A stretch of 64,000 nt of DNA from Zancudomyces culisetae HAW-14-8 (lineage: Eukaryota > Fungi > Kickxellomycota), in the NCBI GenBank assembly GCA_052426225.1, contig JBNJNM010000006.1:2480001-2544000 (forward strand), in the 5' to 3' direction. How positions within the stretch are numbered: the first letter of the stretch is position 1; every line of letters begins with the position of its first letter. Of the stretch, positions 12,901-25,593 are shown piece by piece. The position numbers and the translations under genes are program-made. The notes under the pieces are model-generated. The model ran no database searches, was not told where the DNA came from, and saw nothing but the letters and a program-made list of their open reading frames with translations.

Positions 12901-13523
12901 ATGACTGAGCTTGGGGTGCTATACTTTTTATATCCCTTTAGGTATTTGGGCCTATTCATTTTATACAACGAAAAAATATATTTTATACAGTCATTAACAT
13001 ACTCGGCTTGATCTCTAAGTATTTTCCCATTAAAGGCCGTGAATTCCTCGTTCAAATCAAGTGTAAAATAGTCTATCCCTATTTTCCCCTCTGTAGGTTC
13101 GATCCTACCACCATTAGTTAGTTCGGAAAATATTTCAGCGCTTGCCCGGGCCAAAGATCGAACCTGTTTGTAGCTCCCTGCATTCCCAGGAATAAATAAG
13201 AGTGGCACTCTGTATGCCTCTTCTCCCACCTCCAGCCCCCCTTCTCGGTACAAATATAATGAATATTTCTTGGAAAATCTTGTCCAGGCGCTGCTGTCCA
13301 TTCTATTTTGTCTTATATAAAATGGATGCATGTATGACATGTTGCACCCATCCTCTTTTTCTCTAATAACATAGTGTGAGATTCCTATTAGAGCTACCGA
13401 AACTAGCGCAAATATTGACATAAACCATAACTGCCTAATCCCTTGTTTCATCTTTGCTGTTTGTGGCATTCTAGCCAACATATACTCCTCTTTGTATATC
13501 TTGTTTTTTGTATTCGCTGCCAT
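9915..13523 (-). CDS. BST1: GPI inositol-deacylase (PGAP1/Bst1)
   Basis: N-terminal TM, CNMSYMHP, LFIPGNAGSYKQVRS, GHSMGG lipase motif, IDHQCILWC, multiple C-terminal TM segments. Confidence 0.93.
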   Translation of the reverse strand: MAANTKNKIYKEEYMLARMPQTAKMKQGIRQLWFMSIFALVSVALIGISHYVIREKEDGCNMSYMHPFYIRQNRMDSSAWTRFSKKYSLYLYREGGLEVGEEAYRVPLLFIPGNAGSYKQVRSLARASAEIFSELTNGGRIEPTEGKIGIDYFTLDLNEEFTAFNGKILRDQAEYVNDCIKYIFSLYKMNRPKYLKGYKKYSTPSSVIVVGHSMGGMVARTALALENYATGSISTMITLSTPHVSPTVTFNSEISELYTKVNKKTTEMKLDGRFNNISLVSIVGGDMDGMINSDLAYLDGLVDQKNGFTVMSSTMRGVWMSIDHQCILWCRQLVQVLAHTLYDILDARKLSQTVDVQERMRIFRHRLLSGEFGASDDIAGSKLQPTEKKTSIDVPENYVSTIHKKTRFVMTAFDTKDGHSAKMQVHILENPNKNARNSSESVTSLGLQFLAHTSRSTGESNIEYLNLMCCNPISSKNNPEVGSFIIENQSLDGYFSCTWLDPIRAAAIPTGKRGQSLEAQFVEMNANEFDQCGYVGLTRPTTVSNANRGILRENFASRIELRFVDLERTKILDRKIRFGDMLLSRRLTWSKAENASKLGPRGEESMRGRISMDVPEDPLFLYKLTVSALKENRGTEKWKPICIRQTDNRKFESKFWGNTNNANIAVHGRGAYNFGHQAEVDRYQFGGIDLDIFSLEFPETQGISIKIEIDWFSSLARSVYRHYSSVLVLMFIWAVSCQYVQLSQIFAQKIITKKDKKSDVIEDVRVISSITALSIIGLRRYGMGIITFMVLAGMYLQEAILSNQVISRNNIKLQIFLQNLLFGYRGNGYLAPLFPILTIPISFGLSFLLFCIMKLICEGLALLLSIRAKKNLYNRSLAAAKLFGDGSKSDTHSADTLPEHSYNIGSLALFSAENGPNCCVYQLTKHLNTFADIDDYDTSMHDGYGEATKNRNQDCVIKTSPNTIKSLTIPGSSFSLYGMFRPIFVIKKTLIMLVVVSVLVNFFVPYQLIFIAVFICQALIVIRKSSYCRLINDLLNPAHRKKCLKCANLVRYYKNAVNYRLGMLYIWFQLIPFCVFESLTWFRNISVHWFDNAMSAHQYFRILPILLLITLSCKVLTTPSSHLDMRKSNGSNMKIAGISGDSLETFYKNNRYYITKLVIKWFYFSIIAISALFGFARPFLMYDFNLLISLFIILLYFLESKY

Positions 13524-14736
13524 GGCGTTTGTATCTCCTTTTAATTCTCTATTCCTTTACACCTGTGTGTCTCAAACATTCCTCGCTGAAATGTTGAGTA
13601 ATTTCCGAATTCGTTTACCAACTAGAATGCTTTCCTTCTGAACCTCTGGTATTTCACCGAAAATTGTTCATTTGTTGAAGCTTATATTGCTCTGATAGAT
13701 TTGTCAATAAGTATATTAAGGTAAAATATAATGGCACTGGTGCGTGTATTAAATTGCGATTTAGTATCAATACTACTATTTTATAAATCTAGCTATCACT
13801 CTTCCACGTATGTTTTTATAAAACTTGATATTTTCTTTACTCGAAATAAGAGCTCATTTCATTGTCCAGAAATTCTGATTATTTCTGATTGTAATTACAC
13901 CTTTTTGGTTTTTTGATTTTTTTTTTGTTTGTCCAAAAAATTTTTGTTCGATATACATGTTTTTTTTTCTTCAATAAATCAGGCAAACGAGAATCGAAAA
14001 TTTTTCACATCAAATACCTGAACCCTCTAAGTAACCGACCCTTTCAACGTTTTGAATTTTGAAGTTCGAATTTAGAATTTTGTGTTTTTGTTATGTAAAC
14101 AATTTTTTACTATTCTTTAGCTCATTTTATTTAGGCATATTTATAAACGTGGCTTTAGCAAATAAAACTAAACAAACAAAAAAAAACAAATTAAAGTACA
14201 CAAAAGCCATAGCCTAATTACAAACCAACAACTAACTTTTTATCAGTATTGTTCTGTTCTAGAAAAGGCTGGTGGTCTAGGTAGTGATGAGATCCAAGAA
14301 TAAGCCATATAGGTAATTTGAAAGCCGTGAGGGAAAGCACTCTTCCTTTGCAAGTATGGTGTGTAAAGTTTCACAAATCGTTGAACCATCTAGCCATCTC
14401 TTTAACCCATTTTTTTAAATATCTCACACTCTCTGTGCAGTTGTGCTCCTTGCAGTAGAGACAAAAGTTTGAGTGATATGATATCCCACAACATTACACA
14501 CGAAAAAAAAACAAGAGTTATACTGTAGTGATACTGATACTCCCTCTCCCCCCCTCAGTAGTTACACTAACACCAACTCAAAAATATTGACAGGCATGTC
14601 ATGTTGCCCTCTTCCCCACTTGGCATTGAAAAACCAAAAAGTGCGATATATCAAGGAATTAATACTAATTTATTGAAAAATTAGATAATGTAGGTTGTAG
14701 TAAAAAATATATAATATTCATATAATAAACAGGTTA

Positions 14737-15698
14737 TTAGACTTCTTGCAAGACTTCTGGCTCTTTGAAGTCAGCACCCTTGGTGACCTTGGTGCCGGTT
14801 TCATCAAGACCACTGTGGAGCTCCAATACTCTCTGTGGGTCGTACTTTGGTGCCTTCAAGATCTTACATTTGTGGACATACACGTTTTGGATTGGGTAAA
14901 TTCCCTGGCATGCCTTTTCGATTTCACGGCCAATTGACTCTGGAATGAACTTTTGAACGAGTTCCTTCAAGTCGCATGAGGTAGCCTCCTTGGTCATGAT
15001 ATCGAACATCTTCTTGCGGATAGCCTTGATTTGTGAGGTTTGGGCATATGTGGTCTTCTTGATTTGGTTTGGACGGCGCTTGGTAAAACCAATAGCAAAG
15101 AGACGGATATAGTAACCGTCGCTGGTCTTTACATCAACATGAGCCTCAATGAGAGTTTGCCATTTCTTTACCAATGATCTGATCTTGTCTGAGGTAAAGC
15201 TCATGCTGTGGAAGCTTGTGAGACAGTTGCGACCGTGGATTTCGTCGATTCTGAACTTGAATTTTCTGAAAGCATTCTCCTCGTCCTTGTTCAAGTCTCC
15301 CAATGAAGCCTCAACACAACGTCCCTTCAAATAGTCGTTTGCTTCTTTCAAACCCTGGGTACGGTTGACAAGAGTTTTTCCGATGTTGCGAACCTCGAAG
15401 ATGGATGGTGCACGAATGTCATACCAATCTTTACGTGAGTAAGGATCGACAATTCTCTTCTTCAATCCCTTCTTTCCTTTTGAAAGACGCCTAATTAATA
15501 ATTTCAATTATACGTTGATTATGGATTCAAATTTCTATCTCTCCCTCAAATACTTCTAGTTTCAATCGCTACATATTTATTTGAATCTAAAGCGATCAAG
15601 CAGCAAACATATAACACCTAGACAGCGCCTTAACCGCCTTAAATTAACAACAATACACAAAGATATCATAACACTTACTTGTTTTTACCGACAGCCAT
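14737..15698 (-). CDS. RPS1: 40S ribosomal protein eS1 (S3a); exons 15698-15679 and 15490-14737
   Basis: Exon 1 ATG GCT GTC GGT AAA AAC AA|gtaagt splices to tag|G CGT CTT TCA, giving [18 protein letters not shown]; the remainder is canonical eS1. Confidence 0.97.
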
Positions 15699-16450
15699 GT
15701 TTGCAAACTAACCTTTACTTCTAAGATTCAAAATATCGACAGAAGGAAATTTTGCCCTTTTAGAACTTACTATGTCTAAAAATTCGTTTTAATTTTTATT
15801 TTGGGTTTCATTCTCTTGAATACCATTAACAAAAAATTTTTTTGCATTTAATTTGTCCATTGACATTATTGGTCAGTCGAACTGTTTGATTATTTCAATG
15901 AACCCAATATCTTTGTGTTAAAATTTATTTACTCTAGCTCAAAATCTTGAGCAATTAGAAAAATTGGTTGAGCACCCAAAAGGGGTTGTGATAAATTCTA
16001 TATTCGATCCTTGAAGAAATAGTTGACGTCTTGCATGATATTTCAGCTGTTTTCGTGAATCTGCTTTATTTCAAAACAAAAGCAAACAAAATACCAAATA
16101 GCTAACAATAATATCAAAGGAAAATGCTGTTGATATTGAATTGCTGATCCGCAAGCGCAATTTGAATATTTTTGTTTAATCTACGATTTGATATTTTTGA
16201 GGCAGATCCTTATTTCAGATATTTCGCATAAACCTACGCATCCTTCAAATACATAAAGAACTATCGTTAGGAGGTATTAAAATACGTCAATGTGAAATGA
16301 ATAGGTAACTTTTAAGTAGTGATATTTGATACAGGGGCAGTGATCATAAAGAAATCAAAAACTAAAAGAGGAAAATTTGTGTTGAAATAGAGTTCATACT
16401 ACCATTCAATTCCCCTCTTTAAAACAATCTTTACACTACCGATTCATAAT

Positions 16451-17182
16451 ATGGATGCAGAGCAGGTTAGAATTAAGCCCATTAAAATCAAACAGGTGTT
16501 CAAAGCAAAGTATTCGGAAAAAATAAAAAAGTTTCATTTTCATAACGAAGAACTCAAGTTGGTTGAGATTGTAGGTGTTGTCACAAGTATAAACAACAAG
16601 TCGAATACTGCAGAATACATTATTGAAGACGAAACCGGATATGTGTTTGTTCATCTGAAAGAAGAGTATAACATCTTTTATGGGAAAGAATTAGATGGTG
16701 ATCTTGAAATTTTCAAGAACAAATATGTTCGAATTATCGGCGAGGTGCATGAAAATTTCGGAGAACGTATCCTAATTGCACACAACATCAGACCAATATG
16801 TGATTATAATGAGATTACTCATCATGGACTTTCGGTCATACTCGAGTACATTAGCACCAAAGAATACCCCTCCAAAAGGATAAAGCTCGACACAGCTGGT
16901 ACTGATTGCGATCATTCTGAATTGAATACATCAAAAATGGCCATAAGGGAAAAGGCATTTAAAAAGAATCCAATGTCGGCTGTGTACAAACTCATAGACA
17001 GGTTTTCAAATAGAGTCGAGGGGGTTTCATTTGGTAGGCTGCAAAGTGAAATAGGCGGCGAGGTAACCAGCAAAGGCCTAAAAAAAATCCTTGACGCATT
17101 ACTAGAATTGGGTGCTATTCAGCACACGAGCGAAATGTTGCATTATAAGACGAGTGCAGACACTTTTAGCTTTTCTGGGTAG
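16451..17182 (+). CDS. RFA2: RPA32/Rfa2-like OB-fold plus C-terminal winged-helix protein
   Basis: PIKIKQV..VEIVGVV..YIIEDETG..YVRIIG..IRPICDYNEITHH is characteristic of the RPA2 OB fold; the C-terminus (GVSF..I..ILDALLELGAI) resembles RPA_C. Confidence 0.72.
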   Translation: MDAEQVRIKPIKIKQVFKAKYSEKIKKFHFHNEELKLVEIVGVVTSINNKSNTAEYIIEDETGYVFVHLKEEYNIFYGKELDGDLEIFKNKYVRIIGEVHENFGERILIAHNIRPICDYNEITHHGLSVILEYISTKEYPSKRIKLDTAGTDCDHSELNTSKMAIREKAFKKNPMSAVYKLIDRFSNRVEGVSFGRLQSEIGGEVTSKGLKKILDALLELGAIQHTSEMLHYKTSADTFSFSG

Positions 17183-17561
17183 CCTACAACTTGTATATAT
17201 TCTTTTTCCTTTCCTTTTCTTTCCCTTTCTTTTTTTCTTTCTTGTATTATACTTGATAACTACTGTATACTACGATATTTCCAATATTTGAAGCTTCAAA
17301 CTATTCCTGAGAATATCGAAAAAAAGGAATCTCAGATTGAGTTTATTGAAAAAATATAAAATAAATCAGAGAGCATACCAATAGAATAGACAATCAGCGA
17401 AACTTATATTCACTAGAGGAGGTCGGATATGTGATTTGCTTCTTTCTCAGGGTTGCCCGATATGTTCTCTAGTGAACTTGAGAAAGGATGCCAGGAAAAG
17501 AAAAATATACAGAACACCAGTGAAGGGGAAAATAAAAGAAAAAAGAGAAGGTTGGAATAAA

Positions 17562-18779
17562 TTATAGACAGAGCCTATAAGTTAGATATCTTCCGGCAGT
17601 TTCAGAGGCTCGGATAATTTTTACAACTTGACCTCTCTTCATTCCGTAATATCTGGCCACAGGATCTGTAACTTGAATTCTTGGTAGTTGTGATTCTTTC
17701 AAATGGCTAGTTTAGCGTATTAAGAAGCAAGGAAACCATGTTAAAGAATATTACAAGAAATGTTATAACATTGCAAACCCAGACTAATTACAGCTATAGT
17801 AAAAAAAATAGTGTGAACTTACTATCTTTTGAGCAGCGTTGTCTTTTCCTCGGTACTTAGAATTACATGCTTAGGAACCAACTCATGATGTGTTATATTT
17901 ACCAAGAGATCTGCCTCGTTAAATGCTTCGATCTGGTATTTTGAAGACATTTGTGACAAAATCTATTCAACAAAAGTTTTATCCGGTTAGAACCAAGTGA
18001 ATAATAAAAAGAAAAGCAAATAAAATTACCTTATTTGCTGATGGTGTGATGCTGTTTCTGTAAACGATTATTCCCCTTGTCACTCCCTGAGCAACCATCT
18101 TTTCTGCATATCTATTTGCAATTGCACAAGTACAACCAATGTTTTAGTTTTTTTATGCCTCATGTTTTAAATATACATTTTTGTGGAATAATGCGTAGGT
18201 GTTGCTTTGATTCGTTTAAAATGAAAAAGCGAGAATATATCCAAAACGTTGTACTCACGTTCTAATCGGCTTTATTCCTACAGAGGTATCTTCTGGGAAA
18301 AATACAAGCATCTGATCTGAGGGATCATCTCTCTTTTGAACCAAAAAAGTCAATCTGTTTCGACTATGTTTTACCACAAGTTATAAACAAATAAGTAAAG
18401 TATTTTTTTATCACAAGCTAGGTATACGCAGATATATACAAATGCACAATCTCGCTCTCTCATCAATTTGTCCTTTTGAGCCTGTCATAATATTAATAAC
18501 ACCATTCGAATTTTACAAAAAAATCTTACTCTACTGCATTGTTGGGTGCAAATTCTTCCTTGAATGAATTTAAATCTCTGTCCAAATCTCTTTGTCCAAC
18601 TAAATATCCCTATTATAGTTTTCCATCCAGAATCTAGGTTCAAAATTTCCATAAAACATACATTCAAAAGACAGAATTCGTGAGAGTATGATGAAAACAC
18701 CTACCCTATCCCTACACATTTGATGGACAGTTTTATACACTCTCCACATCCTTGAGATTTCTCTGGTATCGGTGTCCAT
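17562..18779 (-). CDS. RPB5: RNA polymerase I/II/III common subunit RPABC1; 6 exons, 5 GT-AG introns
   Basis: Manual splicing gives [25 protein letters not shown]|[72 protein letters not shown]. Not in the ORF track. Confidence 0.96.
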
Positions 18780-19215
18780 TTTTCCTAGTATATTATATGT
18801 TTAGCTTTATTTATCGTCTACAGTGCCCCTGATTTGATTTTTCTCTTCGTTCACAATATTAATCGCTCGATTTGTGTTGGAATTTCGGTTTTTAATTTTC
18901 CAATTTATTACTATTTAAAAAAAAACTTTTAACACTGGTCTGCAACTAAAAAAAAATTTTTAATGATTTTCTACACCTCCGAAGCGGAAATGTAATTGGT
19001 TTAATAAAATATGTTAGGCGATTCAGACTATATCGCGGACGCCTTATTTTCATACTCCAAGATTTTTTTTAGTTCGTGGATCTTTGGGTGTCAGAAATTG
19101 ATGACAATATCATTTATTCAGCAAAAGCGGAAACAAAAAATATTTACCTAACAACAGGCCAAATGGTGGCTTATTTTAAAAAACCCATCTATATACACTA
19201 CACTAAACGTACACA

Positions 19216-20480
19216 ATGCTAGTATGGGCCGTAAATGTCCAGGATGTTGATTTTGATACGGTAGATTAAATATAAATGTTATCCCAATTGAAACTTTTCC
19301 ATAAATCATTAATACATATTAAATCTTACATGCGACTATTATAAAAAGGACTCTAACGCAACTAACACATAACTAGGAGTTTCAGAATCTTCGAACATGG
19401 TTAAGCGAACTTGAACAACAAAAAGCATCCTCATTTAAAAAAAAATCTGACGCAATAATGCATATGGCCAGTCGGCTCATTTTGCGCGTAATGACACAAA
19501 ACCAGTTACTAAGTACCGAGGACAACGAGGGCGTATCAAAGAGACTTGAACTATGGAACGCGGTTGAGTTTTGGAATGGAGAGTTTGGCAAGCCACAATT
19601 TGTAACTACTTCCTTTCTCCCTCCCCATATGTGTATATATTAGCATATTTCGACGTATTGGCTATAAATCCTGGAAAAGATATTGGGCAACTTTTAAGCT
19701 CACAAAGGGAGTAACCTTATAACACATACTACCATAGAGCCAAAAGTTTCTTGATGAATGGGGTACCTTACACTTTAACATTTCGCATGATTGGCCATGG
19801 GTGTTAGTTGGGGTGGATCAAAAAAATGAGTTGGGTGTCGATATCACACACGTTTCTGTTCCTAGAAATACACATTTACTTACCTTTTTAAACGAACTCG
19901 GTTCTCAAGTAAACTATACATATTTTAAACAAGCAGGTCTTTTACCTAAATTATCCATTCTTTAAATACAAAAGTATAAGCTTTAAAAGTTTTATATTCT
20001 TTTTCACTTAACTAATTATAGTTTAGCCTTGCCGAAGTTTCTTGTATAACGGATCTAGTTAATATGGGTCTATACAAACAAGCAGAAGAGATATTATTCA
20101 CATGTTGGGCGGTAAAAGAGGCCATATCCAAGCAAACTGGCATAGGATTGGGTATGGATTACAAATCTATATCCTATAATCCCAACGCTATCAAAAACAA
20201 CGTATTTAAGGTAGTTTTGTTTATTGTTTAGGTTTTCAGAATGTTTTTTTTGGTGCTGCTGACATATACAATTGTATACTGGTTAATTGTAACGAAATAG
20301 GTATTCGACAGCGTTAACAAAAATTCGTGGTGCGTAAAAACAGGCAATACTCTCACCACGCATATCTTTGCTGTAGCAACAAAATGCCCATTGCATCAAC
20401 TCTGCAGCTGCTTTGATGACTTTTCGGTCAAAGTTGTGGAATGGGATTTTATTAAATCACAAATGCCTGAACACAATTAG
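19216..20480 (+). CDS. LYS5: Sfp-type 4'-phosphopantetheinyl transferase (Lys5/AASDHPPT-like); 5 exons
   Basis: Manual splicing gives MLVWAVNV..EFGKPQF..LHFNISHDWPWV..LGVDIT..FSLAE..CWAVKEAISKQTGIGLG, with the diagnostic GKP, FNxSH, GVD and WxxKEAxxKxxGxGL motifs. Confidence 0.87.
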
Positions 20481-21949
20481 TTCCAGCACATGCCTGTAGG
20501 ATAGACATGTTTTCTAATTTATGGCTTTTAATTTGACATTTTGCTATATCCATGCAGTAGTTTAAATCTCAACTTTGACACGTCTTGTGTATTTTTTGGT
20601 TTTCATGTATGTACTGTTTTTTTTCCTCTATAGTCTATCCCGAGTGTTTTATTAACACTGGATGTTTATTACCTTTTTTGAAGATAAAAGTATGAATTTG
20701 TGGAAATATTTGCATCATATCTTTGCAATTGGTGCGCGTGATGCTAAATATAAGAAACTTAAAGCAACTGTTGCATTTATTTTGGGTAGGAACCTAGCAA
20801 CCTTGCCGAGCCTAGGCTAAAAATTATTGGAAAAGAGACTTTTCATTTTTGTCAATAGTAGATGAGACTAAAATTGTAATCTAAACCCGTCACGTACTGT
20901 CTCTTATTACCCAAAGATGACACCATGCCTATTTATTTTATTGCTTTTGCATAATGAGATTATGAAGTAAACATCACACAAAACATCAAAGACCACCCCA
21001 TACATTACTCTATCAGCATAGAAAGAGCAAACGCCTACTAATGGGTTTATAAAGCATGCGTTAGTGTTTTAAACCGAAATACCAGTGTCATTTTTATTTT
21101 TTTGCTCCTTTCTTGGCCTCTATGATTTGTAATTTCCATAAATATAAAGTTAGCTTTGTTCAAATATTAAGGATGAGGAAAGTTCTTTTGGTTAAAACGC
21201 TTGCAACAAAGCTGGGCTTGCTAGGTTTTTCTAATGAACTATCCGTGTAGTTTAATATTGAAAACCAGAGATCGGCAACCAAAGATCACTAAGGCATCAG
21301 GCGTGTGAACTGAGAAAGTCGTTATCAGTTCTATTTTATAAACCAAGTTAATTATTACTAGTCATATGATAAAGTCCTAAGTTTTTACTTTCTGAAAAGA
21401 ATTGGTTTATTATAGTTTTTCATACTAGGGAGTTTCAAGACCTAAAGATGAGAAAGAATTCAGATTATCATTATTATTATATTATTATTACATTAAGATT
21501 TATCGTTATTAAGAAGCTAACTAAATAAAAAATGATATAAAATATTTAAATGCAAACCTATATACAGAGCCATAAATAACAAGGCATTCACTACCTTTAA
21601 CTTTTTTGATCCAGTCATGTGAGGAGTCTCTACATATCGTTGTTTTTTAGGCTTCAGTGTATCTTTGTTATCCAACGTTTATCCAACCCCAGATATTGGA
21701 TTTGTAATAACCCACGAAAATTATAAATTAGTAATAAATCAGTAATGAATCAGCATTTATAAAAAAAAACGCTCATTGTTAATATTCTGTTTTGTTTTGT
21801 TTTCCCCCCTTGACTCTTTTATTTACAAAGAACAGTATAAAAACATCATTAAATTAAATATTAGTTCAAGTGTACTATATTTTTAGCTCTTATCTATGGA
21901 TGCGAGTTATACACAGTCACATTTTTTATCCACCTAATCAACCTCAATC

Positions 21950-24900
21950 ATGGTCGATAACTCGGAAATAGCTTTGAAAAGAAAGTCGTATCAGCTGAGA
22001 GCACTAGCAAGAAGTAAAGTTGTCTATCAAAAACGACAGATAGTGGTAAATGTATTTTGTGTGATATTGTGTCCACTGTTAATGGTTACTACGGCAGCAG
22101 TGTTGGGAATAATCTTGAGAAATGTTATTTCAAAGGGATTTGTAGCATCAAGTTACTTGATGTGCGCCAATATCGCCTATACAGACGCTTACAATATGCC
22201 CAGTCCACCAAAGTCACGGAATGATATTCCTGCGGTTTCTGGTGATACTTTCAATCCAAAGTACAGGAACAGAAAATTTAATGTTACAAATAGTTACATC
22301 CTACCAGTGAATGTAGTAGATCAAACAAGAACGTTTAGAATGTTTACGCTTGCGGATAGAACTCCCAGTTGTGCATGGGAGTTTGAACACACTTATTCTT
22401 TTTCATCACCGTATAAAAACGACCCTCGAGTGCCGCTTTCCGTGAGATTAGACACGTAAGTAAAGCTCTATATTACAGTTGAAATAAATACATTAAAAGT
22501 TAGCATTTCTTTCTTAATCATAATAAAATGCAATATTCAATACACCCTCAATTAGGACAGGAAAACCTGAGCCTCTTGGTGGATGGTTCGGGCAAGGTTT
22601 TCTTGCAAACAATGTAGTGAAATATCTCTTAAACCAGAAACTTCACTGGTCGTTGGTTCGTGATTCCCCAAATGGTCAGGTAGGACGTCTGGGGAAAGTG
22701 GAACCGATTCCTCTTTCGGTTTCATCGATTCTTGACACCAATAACTCCAGCATCTCAGGGATTCAACAGATTATATCCAGCGACAAAGTCCAGAACAGTT
22801 TAAACTCTAGAAACTCGACAGGAATATTGGGAGGTTTGGACACCAATTTTTGGATGGGTGTTGGTGAGCTAAATGTTGCAGGGACCAGCACGTATGCACC
22901 AAATAAGTTAGTTGCAGCACCGTGGTTTGACACGATGAGTTTTGACAATACCACTACGCTAGAAATAGACGCAAGACTAAAGGATATCATCACCAATGTA
23001 AAATCCCAGCTTTCCGATATTGATCCCAGTGAGTTTTATGTTTTGGGTTTAAACCCAAACAACCAGAACAACAGAAACCAAATGCTAAGATACTTTTCAA
23101 TTGTCGGACGTATACTGGAACTAGTACCTTGGGGTGCAATCATTTTTGATGAAGCAGACAACGAAAACATGCGCTGGAAGTACACGTTACAGACAGGCAC
23201 CAACTCTCAAATAAGTTCGGTTGGCTTATTTCCTGAAACGATAGATAGAATGATAGTACAACAAACACAGCTAGGAAATGGGCTATTTAGAGCAGCTAGC
23301 AATGATCAGGGTGCTACAATATCACATGGGCTATTAGCAATGCCACAGGCATTTTTTCAAGGCTATAGAGTGCCTATAAGTGCATTAATTGGAGCTCTAT
23401 TGAACCCTCTAGGAATATCCTCGCTAATAGCTGTATTCACACTTATGCTTGTCAAAGAAAAGGAAGCACGAATTGTGGTGTTGATGCAAATGAATGGACT
23501 TAAACTTTACACATATTATATTGCAAATTATGTCCATTTCCTCATCCTTTCAGTTTTATGTTTCTTTTTCTTTTTGGTGGGAGGATATGCATTTAAATTG
23601 GAACTCTTCACAAAGACAGGCAGTTCAGTACTAGTATTACTGCTTTTCTTGTGGAGCAATGTCCAAATCGCGTTGGCCTTTTTCTTTAGTTCGATATTCA
23701 AAGGGAGCCGCTCGGCATTTGTAATAACCTACCTTGTGGTTATTTGGAGCGTAGGAATCAACAATGCGATTTCACAGATCATACCCACTGGTGTGCCGTT
23801 GGCATACCTTATCTGGCCTCCATTTGCAGCCTTTAGGGTGTTAGATTTACTGAATGGTGCATCTATCTCAACCATTAGACCTGCATACACACTTTCAGAC
23901 ATTGTGCCAGGCGATGAGGTTTTTTCTTGTCTCATGGCGCTCCTTATTGGTTGGTTTGTGTATCTCCTTTTGGCACTGTACCTCAATCAGGTTTTGCCAT
24001 CGGAATACGGGATCAAAAAACCATGGCATTTTTTTATTTCAGACTTTTTCAGGAGAAAAGACCTTGAAGTAGCGAGGTTGGGTGCGCTTGATAAAACAGA
24101 GCTAGAATATGAGGATGTCTATGTTAAAAATGAGAGAGAAAGAGTAATGAACGGTGAATACACAAAAGATACGCCATTGGTATTTAAGGGACTTCGTAAA
24201 ATTTACCCAACAGGAAAGCTTGCTGTAAAAGATGTCACACTTGCTGTTGACAAAGGACAAATTTTCGGGCTCCTAGGACCTAATGGTGCCGGAAAAACGA
24301 CAGTTATTTCCATTGTGTCTGGAATGTACAAACTGAGTTCCGGAACAGCAAAAATCGCAGGATTTGATATAAATACTGAAACTGCGCAGGTCTACCGTCA
24401 TATTGGCATATGTCCCCAACACGACATTCTTTGGGATAACCTTACTGTTTCGGAGCATCTTTATTTTTTTGCAAGATTGAAAGGCATATCTCCGCAAATG
24501 GAAAAAAATGTAGTAAGCAAAGTAATTGCCAGTGTGGACCTGAAAGAGTTTGCTGAAGTGGAAGCAAAGCATCTTTCGGGTGGACAAAAGCGCAGGCTAA
24601 GTATAGCCATTTCCTTTGTGGGAAATCCTACAGTTGTATTTCTTGATGAGCCTACAACAGGGTTGGATCCTGAAGTACGCAGAACTGTTTGGAAAGTTAT
24701 AGAAGATGGTAAGAAGGATAAGACCATTGTCATCAGCACACATAGCATGGAGGAAGCCGAGGTACTCTGCGACAAAATCGGAATAATGGCTAAAGGAACC
24801 ATGCGGTGTCTCGGATCACCAGTCGAGCTCCGCCAGCTTTATGGAAATGGATATTTACTTTCGGTATATACCAAGTCTCAGCATATCGAAGATTGTAAAG

Positions 24901-25127
24901 AGTACATTGGCAGGTTATTAAAAAATAATGGGAGAATCATTGATAGTTTCTCTAATATTATAACTTGGGAGTTTAGCACACAAACAGGGTTCTTGTCCAC
25001 CATATTTAGAGAGCTTAGCGTAAACAAGTCCGCCTATTTTATTGAAGATTGGGGGATCAGCCAGACCTCGCTAGACGAAGTGTTCTTGAGGGTCATAGGT
25101 GAAGAGGATGCTGATGCCTATGAATGA
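21950..25127 (+). CDS. Half-size ABCA-subfamily transporter (copy A); intron 22456-22555
   Basis: TM1, large exocytoplasmic loop, LVKEKE..MQMNGL, further TMs, one NBD (GPNGAGKTT, CPQHD, LSGGQKRR, LDEPTTGLD, THSMEEAE) and C-terminal SLDEVFL. Confidence 0.92.
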
Positions 25128-25593
25128 ACCTTTTATTTGTAATTACAGTGTATGTATTTGTTTAACGTTAATACTTTTTATGTGCTAAGTGAAATGTATA
25201 AAGTAATATTGCGCATCTTTACAGCACCTTCATCCCGCACCAATGGTAATTAGCTTGTAATTATTAGCTATGGTATTCTAATTTTACTAAAATTATAACA
25301 CTAATTATCGATGTTACCAATAAACGCTAATTTTCAGCGAATCGTAGAAATATAACCCGGTAATTAAAAGTATATGATAAAGCGGTTTGCTGAACTTCTC
25401 GATAGTTGATCATCAATGTCCCCATAAAAAAAAAAGTTAATTCCGAGTTGCTTTGAGGGGCTTTTAATACTAAACTCAACCCTGCTATATCTGCAATAAA
25501 ATTTATTAGTAAACCAAAAGTTGAAAGATACATATTTGTCTCTTATACAATAATTTATTTTAACTTCAAGTTACGATAGAGAGAAAAGGCAGA

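Noticed and set aside
15491-15678. Possible intronic snoRNA in RPS1
   Set aside because: No C box (RUGAUGA)/D box pair or convincing H/ACA layout seen on the sense strand.
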